From positions 65,472,001-65,536,000 of the forward strand of contig NC_043002.1 in the NCBI RefSeq assembly GCF_006345805.1: DNA of 64,000 nucleotides, read 5' to 3'. A program made the translations under genes and the position numbers. Shown here piece by piece: positions 25,856-39,769 of this stretch. This DNA is from Octopus sinensis. Taxonomy: Eukaryota. Below the pieces are notes generated by a model that saw only the letters and a program-made list of their open reading frames with translations, was not told the origin of the DNA and searched no databases. The number at the start of each line of letters is the position of its first letter. Position 1 is the stretch's first letter.

Positions 25856-27084
25856 TTAGGCTGTTCAGAAAATAATGGCCTCTCTAAGTGTTGCGCTTTG
25901 AAACACAATTTTATCATAGTTCCACTTTGGCATACTTAATAATTGATGTATGCTATTTAATAATTTTCTACTTATTTCCGACAGAAAACCTTGGAGCATA
26001 AGCACCCTTAATTATAAAGATGATAAAAAAGGACCTTCGCTTATTTTTCTTGCATGAGTTCAAGCTTGGGCACAATACCTCCCAAACTGCTGCTAATATC
26101 AACAGAGCATGGGGAGAAGGAGACATAAATGATCGCACAGTACGAAGGTGGTTTCCGAAATTCCGTAGTCGCGATGAGAGCCTTGAAGAGGAAAGTAGAG
26201 GACGGTCATGCAATCTTGACAACGAACAATTGAAAGCAATTGCTGAGCAAAACCCACGTCAAAGTCTCAGAGAAATGTCTCAGGCACTCGGTGTCGGTAT
26301 TGCAACGGTCTTATGCAATCTGCAGAAGATTGGTAAGGTGAAAAAGCCCGATAAATGAGTACCGCATGAGCTCAATGAAAGTCAAAATGTATGGCATTTG
26401 GAATGCCTTGATGCTCTTTCTGCGAAACACCAATGATACTTTTCTTGAACGAATAGTCACTTGTGACGAAAATTTGATCCTGTATGATTACCATAAACGA
26501 TCGGGTCAATGGCTTCATCGTGATGATTCCCCCAAACATTTCCGAAAGCCAAAGTTGCATCAGCAAAAGATTACGGTGACTGCCTGGTGATCTGCAATTA
26601 GTGTTGTCCATTACAGCTTTCTAGAAGCCAATCAGAGCATTACAGCAGAGGTTTACTGCAATCAACTCGCTGAAATGCATGCTCACTTGCAAAACATGAG
26701 ACCTGCATTGGTGAATCGGCATGGCCCATTTCTACTCGACGATAATGCAAAGCCACATGCTGCAAGAATGAATCTGCAGAAACTCACAGATTTGGAATAC
26801 GAGACTTTATCACATCCTCCATATTATCCTGACCTTTCACCCACTGACTACCATTTGTTTAAAGCATTTAAACACGTTTTTAAATTATAAAACTTTCAGG
26901 TACAAACTAGAGGTAGAATGAGCTTTCAAAGATTTCTTAGCAACAAAGCCAATAAGTTTTTATCAACGTGGCATAACTAATCTCGTTTATTGATGGCAAA
27001 GATGCATAGAGGTTCACGGCTCATACTTTGACTAGTCAAAAAATTATGTTTCTGAAATCAGTCATTATTTTCGGAACAACCTAA
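25856..27084 (+). mobile_element. Near full-length degenerate mariner
   Basis: TA-flanked TIRs TTAGGCTGTTCAGAAAATAATG / CATTATTTTCGGAACAACCTAA; ~1.23 kb. Confidence 0.92.
26020..27035 (+). pseudogene. Mariner (DD34D) transposase pseudogene
   Basis: FLHEFKLGHNTSQTAANINRAWG, TVRRWF, RIVTCDE, LDDNAKPH, HPPYYPDLSPTDYHLF, CIEVHGSYFD*; in-frame stops and shifts. Confidence 0.92.
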
Positions 27085-27214
27085 TAGAAGGCAACGGAGA
27101 GAACCTCTTGTCATACTCTCCCATATCAATCTCGACATTAGAAATATTATGAAATTAGAAAAATGCTGTAGATCCATTCCGTTAAAAACAATGTGATATG
27201 TGAATTCAGGTAGT

Positions 27215-27524
27215 GTTCTAATTTTCAGTACTACTTATTGTTTTGTTTTTTTCTATTTATCCATATGTGTGTGTCTGCATGTATGTTTTTGCGTGTATGA
27301 AAGAGAGGTAATTACGTTTGCTTACGCTTCACTGAATCTCTTTTTCATTATACTTACTCTCTTACTTGTTTGACTGCGACCATGCTGAAGCACCGCCTTT
27401 AGTCGAACAAATCAACCCCAGGACTTATTCTTTGTAAGCCTAGAACTTATTCTATCGGTTTCTTTTGCCGAACCGGTGACGTGAAAACACCACCGTCGGT
27501 TGTCAAGGGACGTTGGGGGGGAGA

Positions 27525-27610
<86 letters not shown>

Positions 27611-28545
27611 CACGACGGGCTTCTTCCAGTTTCCGGCTACCAAATCCACTCACAAGGCTTTGGTCGGCCCGAGGCTATAGTAGAAGACACTAACACATGG
27701 TGCCACGCAGTGGGACTGAACTTGGGACCATGCGGTTGGTAAGCAAGCTACATACCAAACAGCCGCTCCTTTGACATTTCATCTTCAACTGTTATTATTC
27801 TACGTCTAAATCCCTCTTCTAGAAAGCCTTGGTTGCCACCAGAGAATACACGGCAATTTGCGAACATTTCTTCATAAATGAACACCAGATTTTATAACTT
27901 GACGCTTCCCTATGGCTCATCTAAGGAAGTGACGATAAAGTTGCTGGGACGGGTCTCATAATGGTCCTTATCGTCACCATTTTAAGAAAGCAAACCTGAC
28001 CTTATTTCATTTTTGTATTTGATTTGAAAGATTCTTGAAGTGAACTCGTGTAATGAAACAGATTTGGTGTATTTAGGACGATCATTATGCCAATAATAAT
28101 CTCACGTTTATTATTGACATAACGACCTTCCCAACATACAACAAAACCTTATCTTCGGCTCCGGATTGTAGAGATGACGGCCAGGAAATTTCTTGCTATC
28201 ATTAAATGCTAAAACATAATTAAATTTTGAAGGGATTTAATAATAATTATTTCGGAGTTTGGCTCGAGACTTTCACTTACTCAAATAGTCTTAGATATAT
28301 CTCAACAGAATATCCAGTTTATCATCAAAATATCTCCATCAACAACTTCCAGACGACTAACCAGACGACAATTAATCAAGATAAAGCTCTAATTTTCAGT
28401 ATTATTTATTGTTTTGTTTTCTGTTTATCAATATGTCTGTGTCCGCATGTATGTGTATGCCTGTATGAATGACAGATAATTACGTTTGCTTACGCTTCAC
28501 TGAATCTCTTTTTCATTATACTTACTTCATATTTCATTTTCAACT
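27215..28545 (+). repeat. Local direct repeat (27215-27358 and 28388-28526); first copy interrupted by a SINE
   Basis: AATTACGTTTGCTTACGCTTCACTGAATCTCTTTTTCATTATACTTACT is identical in both copies, with ~90 bp similar upstream. Confidence 0.85.
27355..27770 (-). mobile_element. SINE family B
   Basis: Reverse complement of the 6834-7272 type, with internal (CA)n(TA)n. Confidence 0.9.
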
Positions 28546-28586
28546 AATGTTTCTCTCGAGCTCTCTTTCACCTGTCTGCATTTCTT

Positions 28587-28647
<61 letters not shown>

Positions 28648-29320
28648 ATATATATACACACATAGATATATGTATACATATATATACATATATATATATA
28701 TATACATATATATATACATAGATATAAATATATGTATATATATATATTGATATATATATATATATAAACAAAATAATAAATAAAACATATGCATATATAC
28801 ATATACATATATGTACGTACCTACATCTATATGTATATTTACATGCATATATGGGTACAGGACACCAAAAATTATATAACTAAAAGTTGTTTGAATAATT
28901 TTACTTCAGTAAAATTATTAGAAAGTTATTCCATTTTTACAAAAGTAAAATTATTCCAACCAGCATCTAGTTATATAATTTTAGTTTATCATGTCTTTAT
29001 GTAGGATGTAAATAGCAAAATAAGTTCATATAAGTTACACCTGAAGACAAGCAATATAATCGTTTTAATATTGCATTGTATTTAGAAACATTCTATTTCA
29101 GCAATATCGAAGAATATGTTGTCATGTAACGCGCGTATTTTATATAATGTAAAGTATATGATTTCAAATAAGAATTGAAGGTATTAATTTTGATAAATTG
29201 GAATAAGAATTGTAGGTAATAATTTTGATAATTTTAATATTTAGTCCTATATGTACCTATTGAGGATAATGTCATTCAATGATGATTGAGTTGCCTGAGA
29301 GTGATTCTGTCTCTTAAACC

Positions 29321-29435
<115 letters not shown>

Positions 29436-29444
29436 ATATATATA

Positions 29445-29880
29445 CAGGGAGAATAAAAGACGAAGACATGTGGTATACACAACAAACAGAAGTATTAGTA
29501 TAACTCTCGGGAAGTGAAAACTCTTTAACGTTTCGAACCTACGCTCTTCCATAGAAAGGAATACAGAAAGAAACAGGAGAGAAAATAAGAATGTGTTGTA
29601 GCTAGCGATCTGTCATGGCGAATGCCTGACAGAGGGGTCACACAGGTGAGCTAGGAAGAAGGGGAGATAAAAAACGAATGTGCGCGCGCGTATGTATAAG
29701 ATTGCATGTATATGTGTGTGGAAGAGGGTTGGTGACCTTGACGTGTGCGTGTGTGCATGTGTAGGTGTGTGGATAGTGGTCTGGGGCTTGGAAGTGGTCA
29801 CTGCTTGTGTGTGCTTGGTGGTGTTATGTGATGTGGTGTTGTGTGATATTGTGGAGTATGGTGTGGTGGTGTTGGGATAT
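29445..29880 (-). mobile_element. PLE-like 3' terminal fragment with degenerate HHR, in (TA)n
   Basis: 29445-29670 is homologous to 53430-53670; contains an HHR-like motif; (TA)n on both sides. Confidence 0.65.
29522..29559 (-). ncRNA. Degenerate minimal hammerhead-like motif
   Basis: CTTT-CTATGGA-A-GAGC-GTAG-GTTC-GAAA-CG-TT-AAAG; core deviates from CUGANGA. Confidence 0.45.
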
Positions 29881-29883
29881 ATG

Positions 29884-29988
<105 letters not shown>

Positions 29989-30427
29989 TATATATAATAT
30001 ATATACACATACACACATACATACATCAAAGCACCACGTCAAAATTTGCTTAAATATTTTGAACGTGTGTCTATACCTGAGTCCGACTTCGGAGCATTTT
30101 ACGCATATGAGGGAATGTGTTACATATGTTTATATGTGTGTATTTTGTGTGTACATCAACTGGGTAACGTTTGTTGGAGATGAACAAAATACACTCATTT
30201 AATATTTGTAATAAGACGATAGTCATAACTGCCTATTATCTATCGTGTAAGTATCTGTATGCGAAAAGGTGTTTATAGTGTTTATACTGTACGTGTATGT
30301 GATTGTGATTAAAACTGCGTTGGACAGTCTTTGCGTATACGTCAGCCATTGACGAACTCTAGACCTCACGTATATAATTTATGCTTAAGCATAAACATTT
30401 CTAAATATTGCATACATATTCATTCAT

Positions 30428-30469
<42 letters not shown>

Positions 30470-30703
30470 ACACACATTTATACATATGCGCGGTGGTGTA
30501 TATTTATATATGCAGGTATATATATATATATATAAACATTTATACACATACATACATATATATAAATATATATATGTATGTATGTGTATATATATATATA
30601 TATATATGCATATATTTGTATACGCATACATATGTAATATATAGATGTGTATATATATCGATACATCTGTATATATATGTGCGTATGTGTGAATATATTC
30701 ATA

Positions 30704-30737
<34 letters not shown>

Positions 30738-30745
<8 letters not shown>

Positions 30746-30890
30746 CATTTATATATGAATATACACTAAAAAGGTGAATGCCTATGCCATTGTATATAAC
30801 TATATATATATATATAATATACATTTATATATGAATATACACTAAAAAGGTGAATGCCTATGCCATTGTATATAACTATATATATATATA
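30738..30890. repeat. ~75 bp tandem duplication bounded by (TA)n
   Basis: TACATTTATATATGAATATACACTAAAAAGGTGAATGCCTATGCCATTGTATATAAC twice. Confidence 0.9.
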
Positions 30891-31869
30891 CACATGACTA
30901 TCAATTTATATGTTATGTATATGTATGTACGTTTATACCTTTCGATAGTTTTATAATTATATATTTTTCTCTCTATCAGCGGTCATCAATCGCCATCAAC
31001 CATTGACTGTGCACTAATTAGTACCTCTAATCAAGCGTATTTTTTGTCCTTATATACATATATACATATACATAGTTATTTATTTATTTCTCCTTTTATT
31101 TTCTTTATATTATCTGTTTATTTTATTTAAAACTCTCAAAACACATTAAAAGAGACATCAAACGCGTATCAAACGTTGCTTTGAATATTCAGAAAATCAT
31201 TAAAGCAACTCTCATTTATGCTGGTAATGTAAGTAAATTAATAATTATTTCACCATTAGCTTTGGGCCTGGTTAAGAAAAAAAAATAACACTAGGAAACG
31301 AAGACATTGATAGTGTTGTTATGTATATTTGAATGATGCTATTTTTTTGTTTATTTTCTTTGTCTCGGATTTTTCTTATGTTTTTTTTATATATATTCTC
31401 TGCTACCTAGACGGCCTTCATGTTGGTTTTCTATTTGTTCTTCCTGCTTTTGCTATTTATTATTTTTAATGTCTAAGGTGTTATACTTATTTTGCGTGTG
31501 TTATTTTGTTTTGATTTACGCTTATGTGTTGGTTTTATTTATATTTTAAATATGGCGGTTATGTATGTCTATTAGATCTTTTATTTTCTATGTTATTTTC
31601 AATTTGTTTTCCTTGTCTTTTTTCTTTGGTTTTTGTTTTTGCTTTATTTTTCTCGTCTTTATCGGTGAGAAATTGTTTGTGGCATTTTGTTCTGTGTGCA
31701 ACTTTCTTTCCTACAATCTGTTGCAAAACGTTATGGCGCACACATAGGAATACAGGCACACGCACACACACACATGCATGCTAAGCACACACACATTTAC
31801 ACATACATAAAAATACACACAATATACACAACAGAAGAAATATATAAATCACACAACTCAATTAAGTGA

Positions 31870-33040
31870 TGATAATTTTTACATGGATTGGAAAGACGTC
31901 AAAGAGAAAAGTTCAAAAATACTAGGAAACTTACAGTCTGCAGATAATAAAAAATTGAATGTGAAGAGTGTAACCCTTAACTATCTTTGATTCACTGATA
32001 TAAAGATTTATAAAAGAATATACTTGAAAAGGATTCCGTGAAGCACAAGATTATAGGAACAACAATAAAACTGAATATACTTAGTTATGTCCTCAATGAA
32101 GACAAATGTGTATTATCAATAAATAATGAGTGAATAATTTTGACTGATTTCCGATAAACGAAGTTTCGCTTCGTAGTCGCGTCAGAGTTACCTCTCTTAC
32201 TAGCTGGTACGAAAGAGAATTAACGTGTTCGAAATGCATTGGGATGACGTTGATGTAACACTTTTATTTTTTGTCTGGAGGGAGAATATTTTTCTCACTG
32301 GCAAGCCGTTGCAGATTCAAGTATCCCTCTATAATATTTGAACTGTTCTAATGCTTGTTTGCAAAAGTTAGAATAGCGTGACTGTGTTCAAAATTGATAC
32401 AAGAGATTTATCTTTTCACTGTCAACTCTTATATAAATATAAACTGATTGTCGTCACATTTCGTTTCCTGTAGACGTTGTGTTTGTCCGCAGTCATCATC
32501 CAAGCAAGAATACCTTCTACCAGCCAATGCGTTTCCGTTAATGTGTGCTGACCTGATTGAAGTGTCCTCTTCCCCACAGTATTCAGACCACCAGGAGTCA
32601 TCTATATATGAACATTGTTTCTACTTAGAGTATGAACTTGTCTTTGGATAACAGAGCTGCATACTTAGGGTTTTCGCGTATAAATTAAGCATTCACCTGA
32701 GACATTGTGGATCTCCTCTTTTCACCACAATATTATATACATTTAATTGATCATTTATGCTTTACGAAATCAGAGATAATGATATCGTTTTCAGAATGTT
32801 TTATTCTTCTCTATTCAAACAATATGCACCTCCAGTCAATAAGATATGTTTTCTGTCTGTACTCCCTCTAAGATGCCGTCAGTTTGTGGCTGAGTTTACC
32901 GGTCTCTGTAAACTTGGAGAAAAATTTCAGATTCTGAAGATGTTTTAATGTATAACTTTCTTGTATGTCGTGTTAGTAAATGCTGATATAACTACAGAGA
33001 AATGAAGAGGCATTAGGTCAAAATGGGGGGTTGAATTTTT
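31870..33040 (-). mobile_element. Possible highly degenerate piggyBac-like relic
   Basis: Minus strand SEYCGEEDTSIRSAHINGNAL loosely resembles the PGBD2/3 N-terminal DEDSGDE..L.G..L motif; TTCAACCCC-like terminus near 33037; weak. Confidence 0.25.
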
Positions 33041-34074
33041 CATATAAAACATTTTATGGTGCAGGCATTTATGAATATTGGTCAGATTTTAAAGCCAGTT
33101 ATGATTATTGAACCATAACCATTCTTAGTTATTTTATGTTCTTTTTTATGTAATCACAAATATGTGTGTCACAGAGCCGCAGGTAGGGAAGTGTTTCTAT
33201 TAGTTATTAGATGTCTCAGGGCTACCGCCTATAGTATCAGCGTTTCAACATATTTCTACATGCTTTTATCTATATTTTCTTCACACTCAAGTGTAAAACC
33301 AGCCCTACACGTGACTCTGAAGAGTTTATATTTAATATTTCGTATTATGCACGTGAAATACTTTAGCTATGAAATCATCAACATAAAGAAGATTCTATGT
33401 CGCTCATTCACAGTATTTCTACTAATTTGTAGTTTGATTAAACAAATGTGTATTTGTATTTGATCGTTATGTTAGGCCTGTTAGGACTATATTTCACTTC
33501 GGTTTATGACGAGTATTCCATCAGAATTTTTTCCTATAATGAAGGAGAACATTTTTTGTAACTTCTCGTATTTTTATCTTCGGATATTTACTCTATGCGA
33601 ATAGCACAATATATATCTTGGCTATGAAATTATATGCCATAAATACTATGTATCTATAACTTGAAACATTCGAGCAATTTCTTAAGATATGGGTTAGACA
33701 TCGGTGTTAATTTCATACAGCCTGAAAGAATTGGTTTATCTTTGTGTTTTACCTGTGAATTCATCAATTTTTATGCATTAAACGTTTCGTTGCTAATACT
33801 TGATTCTAAACTACAAACGAAAATTAATGTAAGACCTAATGGAATAGCTCTCTCTAATAAGCTTTCTAAAAACCTAGGTATGCAGGAGTTTTTGTTAATA
33901 AGCAGAATATCCTGATGATCTATCGCGGCAGACTAATGCAAATAGTTAATCTGGATGTATATCTTAAGTTATTAGTCAAGGATAACCTTCCCTACTCACG
34001 TGATGGCTTATTAATGCGTAACTGATAAAACAGGCTGATATTTGAGAGTCAGTTGATATATTCGATATGACATG

Positions 34075-34432
34075 ATGTGGATACGCAATGGACCAGTGGT
34101 TAGGGCAGGGGACTTGCGGTCGTAGGATTGTGGTTTCGCTTCCCAGACCGGGCGCCCTGAGTGTTTATTGAGCGAAAACACCTGAAGCTCCACGAAGCAT
34201 CGACAGGGCGTGGTGGTGAACCCTGCTGTACTCTTTCACCACAGTTTTCTCTCACAGTTTCTTCCTGTTTCTCTTATACCTGTATTTCAAAGGGCCAGTC
34301 TTGTTACACGCTGAATCGCCCCGAGAACTACGTTAAGGCTACACATATCTGTGGAAAGCTCAGCCACTCGCACATTAATTTCTGTTGATCAGATCAACTG
34401 GAACCCTCGTCGCCATAACCGTCGGAGTGCCA
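34075..34432 (+). mobile_element. tRNA-derived SINE, family C
   Basis: TGGACCAGTGGTTAGG A-box, GGTTTCGCTTCCC B-box-like; AAAGGGCCAG..GCTGAAT..GAACTACGTTAA..CCATAACCG shared with 37060-37305. Confidence 0.8.
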
Positions 34433-34959
34433 CGATATGATATGATATCTTTTGAATCACTTTTGGACCTCTATCCACTTTGTTTTCTTTTTAGGTAGGA
34501 CCGGTGTTGCATAATAGTTTCCAGGTTTCCTATCGATTTTATTTTTTTCTTCTTTCAGATTTATCCCAGTTGATATTTGGCGTTTCTAGTTAAATCACGA
34601 ACCTTTGTAATTGCGAATATATTCTAGTTTTGCTCCTTCTGAAACATCTCATTTAATTCTTTCCACATTCTCTTCTGGAATGAAACTGTTTCATCCTCAG
34701 AAGATTTTAGAACCTTTACTCCGTTCACCTTACTCATTTATATCTGTAAACTGCTTTATAAGTTCCGCTTATTTTGCTTAACATTTCCTTCAACGACTTT
34801 TTTCTAATGCCAGGGTTTATCAACACGAAATTTTCACACTCGATTAAAATTTACCAATTTATAAAAAAGTAAAGTGTTTACTTTTTGCTACCCACCCGTG
34901 CTCCAGTTTTGTTTTATTTCTCATATTTTTTCCGTGAGTAGGGCCATTGTTAGTATATA

Positions 34960-35187
34960 CAGTTATCCCTCGCCATATCGCGGTTCACCTATCGCGGTTT
35001 ATTGTTTAAGCTTACGTCGATTCCTCTGTGGTGTTATTTTGCATTTATAATAAAATAAATATATACAAAATTATAAAAATAATCAAAAAATATATACAGT
35101 ATATTATTGTTTCTACTTTGAGAATTTTCATCTATCGTGGGAAAGTGGGTTGGGAACATAACACCCGCGATAGTCGAATGATTACTG
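34960..35187. mobile_element. pogo/Tigger-like MITE
   Basis: TA-CAGTTATCCCTCG..CGAATGATTACTG-TA; second copy in opposite orientation at 51191-51419. Confidence 0.8.
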
Positions 35188-35479
35188 TAATAAGCATCGC
35201 CACATAGGTTTTTGTCTTCCGTCGATCAACGATCCGTGTTTTCACTTTTTCAACCTCATTACTCTGCCTTATATTCATTTACATTTTGTTTACCTCATTA
35301 GAGTCTACAATGCATTGCTTTTGCGCTTTGTCCTTCGTAAAAGAGCAACTGAACGCTGTTAATTGTGAAAATAAGAGACATTACTATGTTGAAAATACTA
35401 AGCCTCAATTTCATTAATCATCGTTAGCATCAAACTTGGCATACGTTTATTAATGATAGTCATGTGGTTTGATATATAT

Positions 35480-35698
35480 TCTTTACTTGCTTCAGTCATT
35501 TGACTGCGGTCATGCTGGAGCACCGACTTTTGTCAAACTAATTGTCCCCAGGCTAGTACGTATTCTATCCGTCTCTTTTGTCGAACCGCTAATTTACAGG
35601 AATGTAAACACACCAGCATCTGTTGTCAGTCGATATTAGGGGAACAAACACAAAACACAGAAATACATATTGTGTGTGAGTGTATACATATATATATA

Positions 35699-35770
<72 letters not shown>

Positions 35771-35972
35771 TATATGTGGGGGAGGGGTGTATACGTATGT
35801 ATATACAATAGGCTTTTTTCAGTTTCCGTCTACCAAATCCACTCACAAGACTTTGGTCGGCCTGAATTTATTGTAGAAAACACTTGCTCAAGTTGCCACA
35901 CAGTGGAACTGAACCCGGTACCATAAGGTTGAGAAACAAGCTTCTTACAACGCAACCACTTCTGTGCCTATA
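35480..35972 (-). mobile_element. SINE family B
   Basis: Reverse-complement homology to 6834-7272; internal (TA)n expanded. Confidence 0.85.
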
Positions 35973-36739
35973 GCAGAGTTTATAAAAAAAATACAGTAAT
36001 CTTCTCATTAAATATTTCACAATCATATATTACAACTGTTTACACAATCATATATTACAACTGTTTACACTTTTCGCACTTCCAACGCTGAGGACACATA
36101 TTACCGTCTCTGCTGTTATGGTCACTGATACCATCGAAAAATAGTAAAAAGTACCATTCTAGTATGTTTTAATAAGTTATGCCATCCTCGTTATAGCGAT
36201 GCCTGTTTTCAGAGAAATACGTTATTTGTACACATTTTCGGGGAGAAATTTTATCTCACTAACAACCCGTCTTGCATTTAGCAATTGTTGTTCGTTATCG
36301 TCATTGTTTTATTGTGAAATAATTTACTTCCAAATAGAATTTGTAGCTGTATATTATTCAGCTATTTACGAGACCTATAGTGAGACCTTTTGTTCTTTTA
36401 TAGCAATTATAGGTTATCATTGATGTTGTAATTCTTATAGAAATAGCTATATTATTCAGTTTCTTCTTGAAGAACAAGGTTCTTTTTATGATTTTTGATG
36501 TTACTTCATCTAACGTTCTTTTTCGTTGTTGTTGCCCAGCCATAAAAAGTGTGAGATGGATATCTCTATAATTTTCAATGAAAGGTTTCTTGAATGAATG
36601 TGATCAGAAGACAAATCAGTGACTTAACAAGACTGGTACTAATGCAGCACTAATGTAGGAGGAGCTATTCAGCAATCGGTCACAGCTTGAAGGTGATTGG
36701 TCACACCGATTATATACATATGCATGTACATACGTATAT

Positions 36740-36876
36740 ATATTTATTTCTTTATTGCCCGCATGAGGCTAAACATAGAGGGAACAAACAAGGACAGACA
36801 AAGGGATTAGGTCGATAACATCGACCTCAGTGCATAACTAGTACTTATTTAATCGACCCCGAACGGATGAAAGGCA
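36740..36876 (-). mobile_element. SINE family A-related 3' fragment
   Basis: GTCGAT.ACATCGAC..GTACTTATTTAATCGACCCCGAACGGATGAAAGGC. Confidence 0.7.
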
Positions 36877-36925
36877 TACATACACATGTGTGTGTGTGAG
36901 GATGTGTGTGTGCGTGTGTGTGTAT

Positions 36926-36989
<64 letters not shown>

Positions 36990-37059
36990 GTGGGTGTATA
37001 CACAGAATGTAACAAGGCCACGCATTTATGCCAGCTGATTGGACTGGAGCAACGTGAAA

Positions 37060-37305
37060 TATGGCGAAGGTGCGAGGCTTAGGGGTTAGGGTGTTCGGCT
37101 CAAGATCGTAAGGTCGTGAGTTTCATTCCTGGCGGGGTTCTGTGTCCACTCCACTCAGCTGTCAAAACTGAGTAGTAAAATGTATTTTAAAGGGCCAGCT
37201 TGTTTCCCATTCTGTGTTAGGCTGAATTTCCCTAAGAACTACGTTAAAAGTATGCGTGGCTGTGGAGTACTCAACTGGAATAGTGGTCACCATAACCGAC
37301 AGTGA
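37060..37305 (+). mobile_element. SINE family C-related copy
   Basis: tRNA-like head; 3' body shared with 34075-34432. Confidence 0.7.
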
Positions 37306-37328
37306 GCAGTAGTAGTAGTAGAAGTTGC

Positions 37329-37369
<41 letters not shown>

Positions 37370-37548
37370 AAGTAGTAGTAGTAGTAGTACTAATAGAAGT
37401 AGTAGTAGTAGTAGTAGTAGCTGTGCAGCGATGGTAATAGTAGTACTAATAGAAGTAGTAATAGAAATAGTAGTAGTAGTAGTAGTAGTAGTAGCAGCAG
37501 CAGTAGTAGTAGAAGTAGTGGTAGTAGTAGTAGTAGTAGTAGTAGTGT

Positions 37549-37592
<44 letters not shown>

Positions 37593-37661
37593 ATAGTAGT
37601 AGTAGCAGCAGCAGTAGTAGTAGAAGTAGTGGTAGTAGTAGTAGTAGTAGTAGTGTTAGTA

Positions 37662-37693
<32 letters not shown>

Positions 37694-38010
37694 ATAGTAG
37701 TAGTAGTAGTAGTAGAAGAAGAAGAAGTAATAGAAATAGTAGTAGTAGTAGTAGCAGCAGCAGCAGCACGAGAAGGAAGAAGAAGAAGAAGAAGAAGAGA
37801 AGAAGAAAAGAAGAAGAGGCAGAAGAAGAAGAAGAAGAGAAGAAAAGAAGAAGAAGAAGAAGAAAAGAAGAAGAGAAGAAGAAGAAGAAGAAGAAGAAGA
37901 AGAAGAAGAAGAAGAAGAAGAAGAAGAAGAAGAAGAAGAGAAGAAGAAGAAGAAGAAGAAGAAGAAAAACAACAATATCAAAATCAAGAACAAGAAGTTC
38001 AAGAAGAAGA
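37305..38010. repeat. Compound (AGT)n/(AGC)n/(AGA)n microsatellite
   Basis: Directly visible; starts at the SINE 3' end. Confidence 0.95.
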
Positions 38011-38995
38011 GGATATGGTGTGAATCAGTAACATCAGCCGAAGCAACAGGAACAATATTTATGTGCGGCCATGTTCAACGATGACAGCTTTCTATATAGA
38101 AGATTCCATAGCATTCCTTAAGCACGACGAATCATTTCATTTAGTTCCCATTATTTCACGCATATATTGTTAGAATAGAAACTGATACCCTTCCCCCCCT
38201 CTCCCTTTCTCTTTCTTTCTCTCTTCCCCTCTATATCTATCTGTCTATCTATCTCTCCCATACACACAAACACACACCTTTATTTGTTTCTTCCCTATTG
38301 AAGACAGATATCTACCGATACATTGTGTAGCATTCTATGCATGGGCAACAGGTTATCATAATTGCCGCTGTGTTGGCTACAAACGTTAACGACCATGATT
38401 CAACAAAGCGGACGTGTGTGTGTGAATGTGAGTTGTGAGTGTGAGTGTGTGTGCATGTGTGCATATGTCTGTATGTGTGTATGGGTATATATATATACAT
38501 TATATGCATATATAAGATACGTATATATATATATATAATATATATATATATAGATATATTTATATAATATACTATATAGATATATATATTCATATATATA
38601 TATATATAAATTACGCCAGCAGACGCCGACCAAAAATCATTACTGTTGCTCCCATTGGAACACAAGGTAAAATCTATAATGAACTCCTCGCCTTTTCAAG
38701 AACATGGATTTTTTATATTTGACTCTATTGAATTATGTCACAATTATGAACTGTTCATCATACTCTTAAGCATATAGCATGGACTCTCTTTATTATAAAA
38801 AAAATTTTTGATAAGGTTCGTTATTTAAAATTTATCTAATATAGCGGCATTTCAAAATCTTTTTACAAATATATATATATATATATAATATATATATATA
38901 TAATAATTTTAATCCAAACGGGAAAACAAAAAAACAACAAACAATGGAACAATTACAGTATTATTAATAGGCGCTCAGGAAATGGAAGCAGGAAG

Positions 38996-39033
38996 GTATG
39001 ACGTTTCGAGCGGAGCTCTTCGTCGGAAACATA
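38996..39033 (-). ncRNA. Degenerate minimal hammerhead-like motif
   Basis: TTT-CCGACGA-A-GAGC-TCC-GCTC-GAAA-CG-TC; U4C change, weak stem I. Confidence 0.5.
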
Positions 39034-39769
39034 AAGAAGGAAGAGAGAGGAAAGAAAGATCCCAAAGCGGGCAACAGGGATAGAGAAAAAAAACGACTGG
39101 TGTTTATGAGTTACACATGGTGAAAGGCGGAAGTTTACGATAACAAGAGCAAAGTAGGTTTTTAAAGCCAAAAGAGTGGAGACAAGGTTGGTAACGCAAC
39201 AGATGTGTGTGTATGTGTGAGTTTGTGCGTGTGCGTGTGTGTATGTGTGTGTGTGAGCCGAGATAAAAAAACAAAAAATATATGTATGTGTTAGTGTGTG
39301 CGTCTGTGTGTAGGCGTGTGAGGTAGGGCGAGACAATGGTAGGCATAGCAGATAGTGGTCAGTAGTAAGAAAAAGAAGGAAGGAGGAAGGGAGGGAGGGG
39401 AAGGGGTGGGGGCGTAGTAGCGTGCCAGCGTGTGTTGAGTAGTAGTGTGTGTGTGTGTCCAGTGTCGTGGTAGTATTAATGGCGAGTAGATTGAATGTGT
39501 GTAAGAGTAATATATATATTTAAGCAATGTGTGTATATGTGTGCGCGTGTGTGTAACAAAAAAGGGGGGGGTTAAGGAAAAAGGACTCCAGCTGAGGGGA
39601 AGATGGAAGAGTGGTCCCGCGGAGACGGGCGTGGGAAAACCCAACGACAAGCGACGGTCCCAGGAACAAGCGGGAGGTCTCGTCGGGTCCAAGAGCGAGG
39701 TGCATGCGGCGCGTATGCGTGCGCGAACCGGCGCAAGCGCGTGTGTGCGCGCGCCTGCGAGTATGCGCG

